From assembly GCA_016198755.1 (NCBI GenBank), contig JACQIB010000001.1, positions 1-64,000 of the forward strand: 64,000 nt of DNA. The letters run 5' to 3'. Below the pieces are notes generated by a model, which saw only the letters and a list, made by a program, of their open reading frames with translations, was not told where the DNA came from and ran no database searches. The DNA is from Candidatus Aenigmatarchaeota archaeon (GTDB taxonomy: Archaea; Aenigmatarchaeota; Aenigmatarchaeia; Aenigmatarchaeales; JACQIB01). Below are positions 48,541 to 58,113 of this stretch, one piece after another. The translations under genes and the position numbers were made by a program. Numbering within the stretch: the stretch's first letter is position 1; every line of letters begins with the position of its first letter.

Positions 48541-48899
48541 AAAAATGGCCTGTTCCATGGCTCTTTAGGGAAAATCTTTTGTTGTATATAGAAAATTGAA
48601 ATTCCAACCCCATTAGCTGCAACATCCCAAATATCCATTACCCTATATCCAGTAAACCCCTGTAAAATTTCTATTAAAACTCCATATGCAAAAGCCAAAG
48701 CAAGGCACTTTCCAATATCAAGCTTTTTTGAAAGGAAAAGAGCAAAAAAGAAGTACGCAGCAATATGTATAACTGTTCCCGAAAGGGTTATAGCAGCCAG
48801 CCCGCCGGCAGCTATAGGAGCCAATGAACCTGCAAAAAGGACAGCTGTATAGGTTATAATTAAAACCTTTAGGCTTATCTCACGCATACAAAGATTCAC
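48537..48899 (-). CDS. VanZ-like membrane protein
   Basis: HIAAY..YGVLIEILQ..GYR..D..ANGVG. Confidence 0.75.
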   Translation of the reverse strand: MNLCMREISLKVLIITYTAVLFAGSLAPIAAGGLAAITLSGTVIHIAAYFFFALFLSKKLDIGKCLALAFAYGVLIEILQGFTGYRVMDIWDVAANGVGISIFYIQQKIFPKEPWNRPFF

Positions 48900-48940
48900 T
48901 GCTCAGAGCCTTTAAATACTTCTGCTTCTAAAGTTTCCGA

Positions 48941-49225
48941 ATGCCATCAGCTTCAGCCCCTTATACAAGGAAATATGCACATACCCAGAGCAGGGGACAT
49001 GAAGGTTTAGTAACATGCGGATATTGCGGAAGGCAGGTTCCCAGGTACAAAACATTCATCAAACACAGGGGGTTCCGCATAACAGATCCGATAATTTTAC
49101 AGGCTGTAGACAGGAGCCAGATGCACTTTTTCTCGCAAAAAATGTATGTATGCCCCTCTTGTGCCCGTTCCCACAATATAGTAGAGCGCGGCCGTTCTGT
49201 AAGGAAAAAACACCTGAACCGTTAA
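48941..49225 (+). CDS. rps26e: 30S ribosomal protein eS26
   Basis: RGHEGLVTCGYCGRQVPRYK...YVCPSCARSHNIV. Confidence 0.8.
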   Translation: MPSASAPYTRKYAHTQSRGHEGLVTCGYCGRQVPRYKTFIKHRGFRITDPIILQAVDRSQMHFFSQKMYVCPSCARSHNIVERGRSVRKKHLNR

Positions 49226-49271
49226 AAATAAGCTTTAAAAGGGTTACTGGGCAATTGATTTAGGTGAGTAT

Positions 49272-49598
49272 ATGAAAGTCATTCAATCCAGAGCAATATC
49301 TGCTGCAGAGGCAAGGGATATAGTTGAGACAGCCCAGAAGGACAGGGAACTCGGCTATGAGCAGAATCTGGCAGCAGAGCATTTGAAGAAATTTGTAAAG
49401 CTAAAAACAGAAGATGCCAAAAAACTTGGTGAAGAGCTGGCTTCTGTTATAAGAATGAGCCCTGAAACTCAGGCACAGATAATAAACATTCTTCCCAAAA
49501 CACCGGATGAGCTCAGGCTTATATTTGCAAGGGAAAAATTCAGCCTAAAGGAAGATGAAACAGGAAAAATACTTGAAATAGTTAAAAAATATTCTTAA
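49272..49598 (+). CDS. rpo4: RNA polymerase subunit Rpo4 (RpoF)
   Basis: ELGYEQ..EHL..IINILPKTPDELRLIF motif. Confidence 0.9.
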   Translation: MKVIQSRAISAAEARDIVETAQKDRELGYEQNLAAEHLKKFVKLKTEDAKKLGEELASVIRMSPETQAQIINILPKTPDELRLIFAREKFSLKEDETGKILEIVKKYS

Positions 49599-49602
49599 TC
49601 TG

Positions 49603-50169
49603 TTGATTGATATGAGGGACGAAAACTTTATTGTACTGGATTTTCTTCCAAAAGGAAGGAACGATGCTCGAAGGCCGGAGCCTGTTGCACAGGTTATTGG
49701 AGAGCGCTTTTTCTCTTTGCTTGAAGTTATAGCAAAAGAGGGGGCTACACTGAAACAGGGGGATAAAGTCTATATTGGAGAGGGTGAAAGAAAGGATATA
49801 GATCACATTAAAAGAAGGCTTTCTGTAAGGGAGTTAACAACATTTGCACGCTCAGAGCTGCCTTTTATGATTGAAAAAATTGTAAATAACAACGAGAGCC
49901 GTTATGTCAGTTTTTTCAACAATGCACAGCCAATTACAACCCGCTTGCACCAGCTTGAGCTTTTACCAGGAGTAGGAAACAAGCATATGTGGGACATTAT
50001 TTCAGAAAGGAAAAAAGGGCAGTTCAAGAGTTTTGAAGATCTTAGAAACAGAGTAAAGCTTTTGCCAGACCCAAAAGGCATGATAATAAAGAGGATAACG
50101 CAGGAGCTTGAAAACGATAATGAACGCTTCCGTTTATTTGTACTTGGTCCACCGCAGCGCCGGTTTTGA
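49603..50169 (+). CDS. DUF655 family nucleic-acid-binding protein
   Basis: VLDFLP, FSLLE and RLHQLELLPGVG motifs. Confidence 0.9.
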   Translation: MIDMRDENFIVLDFLPKGRNDARRPEPVAQVIGERFFSLLEVIAKEGATLKQGDKVYIGEGERKDIDHIKRRLSVRELTTFARSELPFMIEKIVNNNESRYVSFFNNAQPITTRLHQLELLPGVGNKHMWDIISERKKGQFKSFEDLRNRVKLLPDPKGMIIKRITQELENDNERFRLFVLGPPQRRF

Positions 50170-50921
50170 ATATGAAGCTGTCACAGAACTTTCTGCTTAG
50201 CAAAACTGTTGCTAAAAGCTTATGCTCTGCAGCCCAGATTTCTAAAAATGATACTGTGCTGGAGATAGGGCCCGGAAAAAGGATAATAACTGAAGAACTT
50301 TCTTTGAGAGCAGGTAAAGTAATAGCAGTTGAAGCTGACAGGGATTTGTGCAAGTTGCTGGAAGGCAAGCTATCAAACAATGTACAGCTTATTAGTGGAG
50401 ATTTTCTTAACGTCATTTTACCAAAATTTAACAAAATAGTTTCCAATTTACCCTTTAAAATATCCTCTCCGGCTCTTTTTCGCTTATTTTCCCTTGACTG
50501 GGAGAAAGCAGTTTTGATCCTGCAGAAGGAGTTTGCCCTGCGGTTGGTAGCAAAGGCTGGAGATAGGAATTATAGCAGGCTTTCTGTTGCCTCCAGCTTT
50601 TATTGCAAAGCAAAAATCCTGCAAACCCTCCCACCTACATTTTTCCGTCCAAAACCTAAAGTTTCTGCTGCAGTTGTTTTGCTTGAAAAAGCAGAACCTC
50701 CCTTTGAGGCTTCAGAAGAATTCTGGGAATTTATAAATAAAATTTTCCAGCACAGAAAAAAGATTCTCCGTGCAGCCCTTAAGTCAGCTAAATTACCAAC
50801 AGAAACTAAATTCGGGAGCAGAAGAGTGTTTACTTTAAATCTTTCTGAGCTGAAACAGGTGTTTGAGGAAATATGTTCTGTTCAAACCATAAAAAATCAG
50901 GTTTCTATAAGGAAACAATAA
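50166..50921 (+). CDS. ksgA: 16S rRNA m6,2A dimethyltransferase KsgA/Dim1
   Basis: SQNFL, VLEIGPG, VSNLPF, QKEFA and FRPKPKV motifs. Confidence 0.92.
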   Translation: MNMKLSQNFLLSKTVAKSLCSAAQISKNDTVLEIGPGKRIITEELSLRAGKVIAVEADRDLCKLLEGKLSNNVQLISGDFLNVILPKFNKIVSNLPFKISSPALFRLFSLDWEKAVLILQKEFALRLVAKAGDRNYSRLSVASSFYCKAKILQTLPPTFFRPKPKVSAAVVLLEKAEPPFEASEEFWEFINKIFQHRKKILRAALKSAKLPTETKFGSRRVFTLNLSELKQVFEEICSVQTIKNQVSIRKQ

Positions 50922-50989
50922 AGCAGGCACTTTTAAATTCCCTGAAAGAAATCCCCCGCGGCAAAGTAACTTCTTCTAAAGAACGATAA
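50873..50989 (+). pseudogene. Truncated MGMT/ATL (alkyltransferase) remnant
   Basis: LKEIPRGKVTS matches the IPxGKVxTY motif but stops before the PCHR motif. Confidence 0.45.
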
Positions 50990-51101
50990 AACAGACTTGG
51001 ACAGGTACTTATACGGCTTTTGACTATAAGGAACAACAAGCTTTATATACTACCTTGTAGTAACTATTATTACCTAATAGTGATATAATAATTGTGATAA
51101 A

Positions 51102-51356
51102 ATGGCACTAAAATCGGGTTCAAAGAGAGTTGGCGTAAGTTCAATCTGTCTGGGCAATGTTATAGCAGATGAAAGCATGATTTACAGCAGGCTGGAGCCA
51201 AAAAGACCAACCGTAGAAAGAACTGGAGATAAGGTTAAGAAATGCTTTTTTTACAAGGGAACAGGGCAGTGTTTAGGAGCAAGATGCTACTGGCCCATGG
51301 TGGGCACATGTTCTACATTTAACAGATTAAAATCAAGGGGGAAGTTCGCAAAGTAA
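51102..51356 (+). CDS. Small Cys-containing hypothetical protein
   Basis: ORF with RBS GTGA and an upstream TATA; C-terminal Cys cluster. Confidence 0.55.
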   Translation: MALKSGSKRVGVSSICLGNVIADESMIYSRLEPKRPTVERTGDKVKKCFFYKGTGQCLGARCYWPMVGTCSTFNRLKSRGKFAK

Positions 51357-51410
51357 AGCAGATAGCTGCTTAGAAGAAGCTTCCAAAACTTCCAAGCAGC
51401 CTGCAATTCT

Positions 51411-51641
51411 GTGATGATTATGCAATTACCAGCACCAGAAGGCAAAAGAACACTCAGGACTGGTATACGTCTTATAGGACCAGTATTAGTTAGGGGATAT
51501 TTGCTTGGTGCTCGTGGAGAAATCCAAGTTACATCTAACTGGGACAGGATAGACCAAGCGCCAGGATATTTGATTGCTGACGGACGCATTGAGTTTGGAT
51601 CACTCCCACTTTATACTGCAGGCTTCACGGAAGCTGCATAA
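51411..51641 (+). CDS. Hypothetical protein
   Basis: ORF only. Confidence 0.45.
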   Translation: MMIMQLPAPEGKRTLRTGIRLIGPVLVRGYLLGARGEIQVTSNWDRIDQAPGYLIADGRIEFGSLPLYTAGFTEAA

Positions 51642-51683
51642 ATCAAATCAAGTTTAAATCCTTTACTATCCCACATATTTGTT

Positions 51684-52454
51684 ATGGTAACGGCACTTCC
51701 AATGGAAACTCTAACTGTTCAGCCTGCTGTTTCAGGACGTTTAGACATACTCAAGGGATATAACTTAGAAATGGATCCACGCCTTACAATAACAGGCAAA
51801 AATCTTTACAAGTCTAGAGAACTTGTACCAAAAGACTTTAGAATATCCACAGCAGCTGAAGAGCTTGCTTTGCAGCTTGCTGAGGAGGCAGCTGGCAAAG
51901 ACCCAAGACAAGCTACAGTATTCGATGACCTTTTTGCAAGGAATGAAGGCCAAGTGTATGTATTTCAATGGACAGAAACAGGCCTGCGTGTGCCCAAGGG
52001 AACGCAACCAGAGTATTTCCAGACAGATTCGAATGGCAGCAAGTATTATCCAAGAATTGTTCTTATTGGAGATAAGGAAGTGGGAGAGGTTCTTGTTCCA
52101 GAAGGAGACGGAAGAGTTGTTACAAAATGGGATAAGGTGTTTGGACTGCCAGCAGAAACAGAGAGTATAAAGTTCCCTCACACACCTTACACTACACACT
52201 TTAGGTTTAATTCAAATCCACAAAAAGACCCTGTATCAGGACAACAGGATGTTGCCGTCGGTCGCAGGAGCAACTGGCCTCACTTTGAGAACGAGAGGTG
52301 CCTGAACGTGGATTCGGACTACGAACGCTGGGGTGCGGGTTCGGATGGTGGCTTCCGTCTAGTTCGGGGTTCAGTCCAGGTGATTGAGAGGCGCAGAATT
52401 AGCCTCGAGGCAGATGCTGTACAGAAAGCATTAGCTTCTGTAGGGTCAGGATAA
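51684..52454 (+). CDS. Hypothetical protein with a C-terminal CLec/FGE-like variable-region motif (candidate DGR target)
   Basis: VAVGRRSNW...GFRLVRG, encoded by a GC/CpG-rich segment. Confidence 0.6.
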   Translation: MVTALPMETLTVQPAVSGRLDILKGYNLEMDPRLTITGKNLYKSRELVPKDFRISTAAEELALQLAEEAAGKDPRQATVFDDLFARNEGQVYVFQWTETGLRVPKGTQPEYFQTDSNGSKYYPRIVLIGDKEVGEVLVPEGDGRVVTKWDKVFGLPAETESIKFPHTPYTTHFRFNSNPQKDPVSGQQDVAVGRRSNWPHFENERCLNVDSDYERWGAGSDGGFRLVRGSVQVIERRRISLEADAVQKALASVGSG

Positions 52455-53552
52455 AGAGCGAAGATATATTTTCAGTTCTTTCAATCCCGCAGTTGTCTTT
52501 ATTCCTGTGGGGGAAAAGTGGGTTCTTTCTGCTGCAAAACCTTTCTTCCTTAAGGCTTCAATTATTGTTTCTATGGGTTTCAGTTCCTTCCCCTTGAAAA
52601 TAAAAGAGAGTTCATAATAGAATTGTGGAATTTCAGATTCCTTAATAAGTTTCTCAAGCAGAGCTGTTTCAAACCTTTTATTTTTATATGTGTTTTCGCG
52701 CAAAAAACTTAAAACTGAGGAACAGAAATCTCTATCCTGTATTTTTCCCGTGAAAAGAGGCCCAAATATAACAGTGTTATATTTACAGTTTCCACAAACG
52801 GATTGTTTTGTTGTAGATCGCCACCCGCATTTTTTACAGTAGCTCACAAACTTTATTTCCTTTAGCAGACCCTCTATTTTTCCTGAGTTCTCAATTTTCC
52901 CGAAAACCCTGTAATAGTGTGATTGTGCAAAGCTGAGCAGAGGAACAAATGCTTTGTCATACTTTGCACAAGCCAAAATTATTGCTGTTGCCAATGCTCT
53001 CACTCCAACTTCAGTATAAAAATCTGTTTTTTCCAGCTGCAGCCCATATTTTCTCAGTCCTGCGGGGGGATAAACCCCGTTCAGCGCTCCCGTATCAGTA
53101 GCAGTAACAGCCAACATCCCTTTATGGTAAATGCTGCGCGCAGCAGAGTCCAAAAATTGCATAGGAGATCCAAATGGGTCCAGATCTATAACATTAAACA
53201 CTTTCTTTCTCATCAGCAGATTGGCATCACCTTTGCTGGCTTTGCAGAATTTTCCAAGTCTGTTAAGTGCAATATTCTTTTTTATCAACCCAACAGCCTT
53301 CGGATTATCATCATTCAAAACAGATTTTACACCAATTTCCTTCCCATATCTCAATCCCCTAATACCAGTCCCAGATAAACCATCCAGAACAGTAATTTTC
53401 CCGTTAAAGCCGGAGCTAAAAACAGAAAGTGATGCAACAGAAATATCCCTGTTTATCTCAGCCTCAGGATTATAGAAAACAGCAGAATCCCATGGCCTGC
53501 CTTTAGGTACAATAAGTTTAATGTCCCCTTCACTCACATTTTTAACTTCCAT
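52446..53552 (-). CDS. trm1: tRNA (guanine26-N2)-dimethyltransferase
   Basis: VFYNP..NRD, SGTGIRGLR, IDLDPFGSP, TATD and RTHF motifs. Confidence 0.95.
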   Translation of the reverse strand: MEVKNVSEGDIKLIVPKGRPWDSAVFYNPEAEINRDISVASLSVFSSGFNGKITVLDGLSGTGIRGLRYGKEIGVKSVLNDDNPKAVGLIKKNIALNRLGKFCKASKGDANLLMRKKVFNVIDLDPFGSPMQFLDSAARSIYHKGMLAVTATDTGALNGVYPPAGLRKYGLQLEKTDFYTEVGVRALATAIILACAKYDKAFVPLLSFAQSHYYRVFGKIENSGKIEGLLKEIKFVSYCKKCGWRSTTKQSVCGNCKYNTVIFGPLFTGKIQDRDFCSSVLSFLRENTYKNKRFETALLEKLIKESEIPQFYYELSFIFKGKELKPIETIIEALRKKGFAAERTHFSPTGIKTTAGLKELKIYLRSLS

Positions 53553-53603
53553 ATAAACTCTGCTAGAACAGATGTTTATATACTTTGTTTTTCAATCTCG
53601 GGG

Positions 53604-54641
53604 ATGGAGGAAATACAAAAAATACTGGCTGAAATAAAGCCATACATAGACAAGGAAGTTATATCACTTTTGGAAAAAACACAGCCGGAAATCCTGAAGA
53701 AAGCTGCATTTGAGTATTTTGCGCGCGGAGGGAAAAGATTTAGGCCAGCTTTAACGGCTTTATCATGCGAAGCTCTTGGAGGTATATGGCAGGATACAAT
53801 ACCAGCCGGAGCAGCAATAGAGATAATGCATGCTTTCGCCCTTATACATGACGATATAGAAGACTATTCAGAAATCCGCAGGGGAAAGCCAGCACTCCAT
53901 ATACAATATGGCCTTCCGCACGCGATAAACGCTGGAGATTATTTGCATATGAAAATTTTCGAGGCTCTTTTGCGCGGGCAAAAAGCATGGGGGAATGAAA
54001 AATTATTTTCAGTTCTGGAGCAGTTTGTAGAGCTTTTAATAATAACAGCGCAGGGGCAGGCAATGGAAATTGAAATGAGAGACAAGCCTTTAGAGGAGGC
54101 AACAATGGAATGGTATGAAAAGATGGCTGTTGCAAAAACAGGCTATTATTCCGGCGGGGGACCCTGTGCGATAGGTGCAACAATTGCTGGTGGAACAAGA
54201 GAGCAAATAGCAGCGCTGAAAAAGTTTGGGATTGCAATTGGAGTTGCTTTCCAGATACAGGATGATGTTCTTAACTTGACAATGAGCGAATCCGAAGAAA
54301 AATTGACTCCAGAAACAGGCGGGGGAGGTGTTGGAAAGGATTTTGCAGGTGATTTGGAGGAGGGAAAGAGGACTTTGATTTTGATTCACTGCTTACAAAA
54401 ATGTTCTGGGCATGAAAAGGAAAAATTCAGGGTTTTAATTGGCAAAAAAGGCCTGAAAACAGAACAAAAGAAAGAGTTAATTGCAATAATACAAAGCACA
54501 AAATCCATAGAGTTTGCAAAAGAATATGCAAGGGAAATGTTGCAGAATGCTTTACTCCAGCTTAAGGAAAAAATCCCTGAAACAGAAGGAAGAAAGAAAC
54601 TGGAAGCAACAGCGCAGTTTCTTATAGAGAGAAAATATTAG
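53604..54641 (+). CDS. idsA: Polyprenyl (geranylgeranyl) diphosphate synthase
   Basis: GGKRFRP, HDDIED..RRG, GQAME, KT and FQIQDD motifs. Confidence 0.92.
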   Translation: MEEIQKILAEIKPYIDKEVISLLEKTQPEILKKAAFEYFARGGKRFRPALTALSCEALGGIWQDTIPAGAAIEIMHAFALIHDDIEDYSEIRRGKPALHIQYGLPHAINAGDYLHMKIFEALLRGQKAWGNEKLFSVLEQFVELLIITAQGQAMEIEMRDKPLEEATMEWYEKMAVAKTGYYSGGGPCAIGATIAGGTREQIAALKKFGIAIGVAFQIQDDVLNLTMSESEEKLTPETGGGGVGKDFAGDLEEGKRTLILIHCLQKCSGHEKEKFRVLIGKKGLKTEQKKELIAIIQSTKSIEFAKEYAREMLQNALLQLKEKIPETEGRKKLEATAQFLIERKY

Positions 54642-54719
54642 CCAATTGTCGTAGTCGTCAATAAATCAAATCAACAGAAAAGCTTTTTATTCTTAGTTTA
54701 CCCCTTTAATTGAGATTTT

Positions 54720-56132
54720 ATGCCCAGCAAACCAGTTGGAATAGAAGCAATGTATGTTTACACTCCTCAATTTTGTGTAACTTCTGAAACATTAGCAAAC
54801 GCAAGGGGCGCAAAATTAACACATTTTACAGAAGGAATAGGTATAGGTTCCTTTTCATTCCCCCCACCAAATGAAGATCATGTAAGTATGGCAGCAACAG
54901 CAGCATTAAGGCTGATGAAAGAACAAGATATAGATCCAAGGGATATAGCAAGGATTGATTTGGCAACAGAAAGCAGCAGGGAGGGTTCAAGGGGAGCTCC
55001 TTCTGATGTTGTAGGAGCATTGGAACAGGCTTTTGGTACAAACAGCTTTCGCCACGTAGCTGGTGTAGAATATAAGTTTGCTTGCATTGGTGGCGTAGAA
55101 GCTCTTAGAAATTCATGTGCACTAGCTGCACCAGACTGGCTTCCAGAAGGGAGACATAATATTGTTATAGCAACAGATTTTGCAAGATATCATTTAAGGA
55201 GCGGTGAGGAGCCAACACAGGGAGCTGCAGCAGCAGCATTATTGATAGGCAGGAAACCAAGGCTTTTGGAGATTGTACCCCGTGCTTATGGTTCAGCAAT
55301 GAGATATGAACCCGGAGACTTCAGCAAGCCAGGCGGAAGATCCATAGCGAATGTAAATGGAGGGCTATCTGTAGGTTCCTATTTAAGTGAAATGAGAACA
55401 GCTTGGTCAGGTTTTATAGCTGCTGTTAAAGAAACAGGATTTATAGTACCTTCTTCAGGGATGTGCGTAAGCGACAGTATAGACAAAGGAATTTGGCATA
55501 ATCCTCACCTGAAACAAGTGCAATCTGCTCATGCTTCCCTACTAATGCATGAATGGATCGGCTTGCCTTCAAAGCAGGATATTTTCAGAAACTTAGGCAC
55601 CCCTCCAGAAAGAGGCGAAACTCCGGATCATGTATTTTATGCTAGTCAGCCCTATAAGGATTATAGAAAACGTTTCATGAAAGAGCCAGTGGTTGTAAGG
55701 GATTTCGATAAGAGGATAAAACCCTCTACTGTTGCTCCTTTCGATATAGGCAATTCTTATTCTGCATCAGTTTTTGTTGGTATTGACAGCCTTTTTGAAA
55801 CAGACCCAGAAGACTTGGCAGGCAAAACAGTTGTTTTGGCTGGTTATGGTAGCGGAAGCCATGCTCTGATACAGGCAACCAGAGTTCCAGAAGATTATAT
55901 GCCTGTAGCAAAAAGGCTTGATTTAATGAATAGGCTGAAAAGAAGAGAACACCTCAGCATAGGCGCATATGAAACATGGCATGATTTTCATGATGGCGTA
56001 CAAAGTGGTCTTGTGAAGCCAAGTGATATTAGCTTGCCAAGATCTTTCGCTAGTCCAACGTTCGTTCTCTCTTCAGTTGGTGCCATCAAAAGTCCGACAG
56101 AAGGACAGAGAACCTATGCTTTGGTAGCATAA
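54720..56132 (+). CDS. mvaS: HMG-CoA synthase (long, bacterial/haloarchaeal-like type)
   Basis: ATES, FACIGG, EPTQGA, HNP, GNSYSAS and GYGSG motifs. Confidence 0.88.
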   Translation: MPSKPVGIEAMYVYTPQFCVTSETLANARGAKLTHFTEGIGIGSFSFPPPNEDHVSMAATAALRLMKEQDIDPRDIARIDLATESSREGSRGAPSDVVGALEQAFGTNSFRHVAGVEYKFACIGGVEALRNSCALAAPDWLPEGRHNIVIATDFARYHLRSGEEPTQGAAAAALLIGRKPRLLEIVPRAYGSAMRYEPGDFSKPGGRSIANVNGGLSVGSYLSEMRTAWSGFIAAVKETGFIVPSSGMCVSDSIDKGIWHNPHLKQVQSAHASLLMHEWIGLPSKQDIFRNLGTPPERGETPDHVFYASQPYKDYRKRFMKEPVVVRDFDKRIKPSTVAPFDIGNSYSASVFVGIDSLFETDPEDLAGKTVVLAGYGSGSHALIQATRVPEDYMPVAKRLDLMNRLKRREHLSIGAYETWHDFHDGVQSGLVKPSDISLPRSFASPTFVLSSVGAIKSPTEGQRTYALVA

Positions 56133-56170
56133 TTTAGAAAGCATTTAAACAGCTGTGATAAATTAGATTC

Positions 56171-56584
56171 ATGTTCAATCCATTCAGGCAGAGGATAATG
56201 GTTACTGCGGTTTTGAAAAATGGAAAAAAATTCCTTTTGCTGCACAGGAAGAAGCTGGGAATACAGGGAGGCAAGTGGCAGTTGCCTGAAGGAGGTCTGC
56301 ATTTTGCTGAAACCCCTGAGCAGGCTTTGATAAGAGAGATGAGAGAAGAAACAGGCCTTTCCCTGCGGGAAGCAAGGCTTTTAGGAGTTCATACTTCCAC
56401 AATGAGTGAGCTTGGAAAACCTCTATACCATGTAATAAGGCTGTTTTACTCCTGCAAAGCCGCAGGAAAAATAAGGCTAAGCAGGGACCACCCAGAGTTT
56501 ATCTGGGTTACGAGAGAGGGTATAAGAAAGCTTAAATTGTTTGAAGGACTAAGGTGGGGGGAAATAAAAAAGTTTTTGCGTTGA
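56171..56584 (+). CDS. NUDIX hydrolase
   Basis: GG.....ETPEQALIREMREETGL Nudix box. Confidence 0.88.
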   Translation: MFNPFRQRIMVTAVLKNGKKFLLLHRKKLGIQGGKWQLPEGGLHFAETPEQALIREMREETGLSLREARLLGVHTSTMSELGKPLYHVIRLFYSCKAAGKIRLSRDHPEFIWVTREGIRKLKLFEGLRWGEIKKFLR

Positions 56585-56589
56585 TTAAA

Positions 56590-57612
56590 ATGGTGTATAT
56601 TGGAACAGCAGAGGCAAGCCCTAACATGCCTTTTGTAAAATACTGGGGAAAAAGAAATGAAGCTCTAATTTTGCCAATGAACTCAAATATTTCAGCAACC
56701 TTCGACTCCAGTCTGGCAACACGCACAACTGTTTTCTTTTCTGAATCCTTGAAAGCCGATGAACTCTGGATAAACGGAAAGCAGTTTCCTCCTGAAAGTT
56801 TGGATAAAGCAATTCCCCAGCTAAACATAATCAGGGAGTTAGCTGGTATACAGATGTTTGCTAAAATATATTCTATAAGCAAAGTTCCTGTTGCAGCTGG
56901 TCTTTCAAGTTCTTCAGCAGGATTATGTGCTTTGGCTCTGGCGTCTGCTTCAGCGCTCGGGCTTAAACTGCCGGCAGAAGAGCTTTCAATTATCTGCAGG
57001 CGCGGCTCAGGCAGTTCCTGCCGCTCAATCTATGGGGGATTTGTAGAATGGGTAAGAGGGGACAAAACAGATGGTTCAGATTCTTATGGTGTACAGATAG
57101 CAGATGATAAACACTGGCCAGAACTCAGAATGCTTGCAGTTTCCATTGAGGAAACAGAAAAAAAGGTTAAAAGCAGGGCAGGAATGAAACAGACTGTTTT
57201 AACTTCCACACTGTATCAAAAACGATTACAGGATATTGGGAATACACTGGATTCTGTAAGGAATGCTATAAGGAACAAGAACTTCCAATCTTTAGCAGAA
57301 TTAACAATGAAAGAAAGCAATAACATGCACGCAGTTTGTATGGATACATGGCCTCCAATACTTTACCTGAATGACAATTCAAGGACTGTTATACAATCTA
57401 TACATGATTTCAACGAGGGCGGGCTGCGCGCAGCCTATACTTTTGATGCTGGCCCAAACCCCTATATTATAACAGAGGAAAAGAACCTAAAGTCTGTTCT
57501 GGAGCTCTTGAAAAAAATGAGTTTCATAAAACATATTTTTATCTCAAAGATAGGCGGAAACCCAAGAGTTCTGGAAGAACATTTGCTGAACGAAAAAGGG
57601 AAACCCGTATGA
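56590..57612 (+). CDS. mvaD: Diphospho-/phosphomevalonate decarboxylase
   Basis: NMPFVKYWGKR, AAGLSSS, GSGSSCRS, SRAGM and TFDAGPN motifs. Confidence 0.93.
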   Translation: MVYIGTAEASPNMPFVKYWGKRNEALILPMNSNISATFDSSLATRTTVFFSESLKADELWINGKQFPPESLDKAIPQLNIIRELAGIQMFAKIYSISKVPVAAGLSSSSAGLCALALASASALGLKLPAEELSIICRRGSGSSCRSIYGGFVEWVRGDKTDGSDSYGVQIADDKHWPELRMLAVSIEETEKKVKSRAGMKQTVLTSTLYQKRLQDIGNTLDSVRNAIRNKNFQSLAELTMKESNNMHAVCMDTWPPILYLNDNSRTVIQSIHDFNEGGLRAAYTFDAGPNPYIITEEKNLKSVLELLKKMSFIKHIFISKIGGNPRVLEEHLLNEKGKPV

Positions 57613-58061
57613 GCCTTGATAAATCAGTTCATTTGAGCGCGGGAGCTTTAGTTTTCTCAGGGAATAAAGTACTTGCAATAAAAAGGCTGAAAGAACCTTT
57701 CAAGGGAAACTGGTCTGTTGTTGGTGGGCATGTAGAAGAGAAAGAACTTCCTAATGAAGCTGCTGTCAGGGAAGTAAAAGAAGAAACAGGGCTTGATATA
57801 GAGCTTATAGACCCGTACATAGAGATTCCTGTAGAATTCTCAGAAGGCTTAAAGCGCCTGCCCCAGCCAATTCTTGTTTCTCTTCTCCCTGTAAAAGACC
57901 ATTACCACATCTCATTCACTTATGCTGCAAAAGCAAAAAGCACAGAGATAAAAATAAACAACATTGAAGGTCTTGTACAGTGGATAGATACGAACAATAA
58001 AGAAATTTCACCTCACCTGCGTTTAGCAATAGACACATACAAAAGAGTTTTGGGAGCATGA
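57609..58061 (+). CDS. NUDIX hydrolase
   Basis: GGHVE..E...EAAVREVKEETGL Nudix box. Confidence 0.88.
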   Translation: MSLDKSVHLSAGALVFSGNKVLAIKRLKEPFKGNWSVVGGHVEEKELPNEAAVREVKEETGLDIELIDPYIEIPVEFSEGLKRLPQPILVSLLPVKDHYHISFTYAAKAKSTEIKINNIEGLVQWIDTNNKEISPHLRLAIDTYKRVLGA

Positions 58062-58113
58062 AAATAAAAAATAAAGGTTTTTATTTGCTTGGAAAAACCA
58101 TGGAGGTTTTCCC

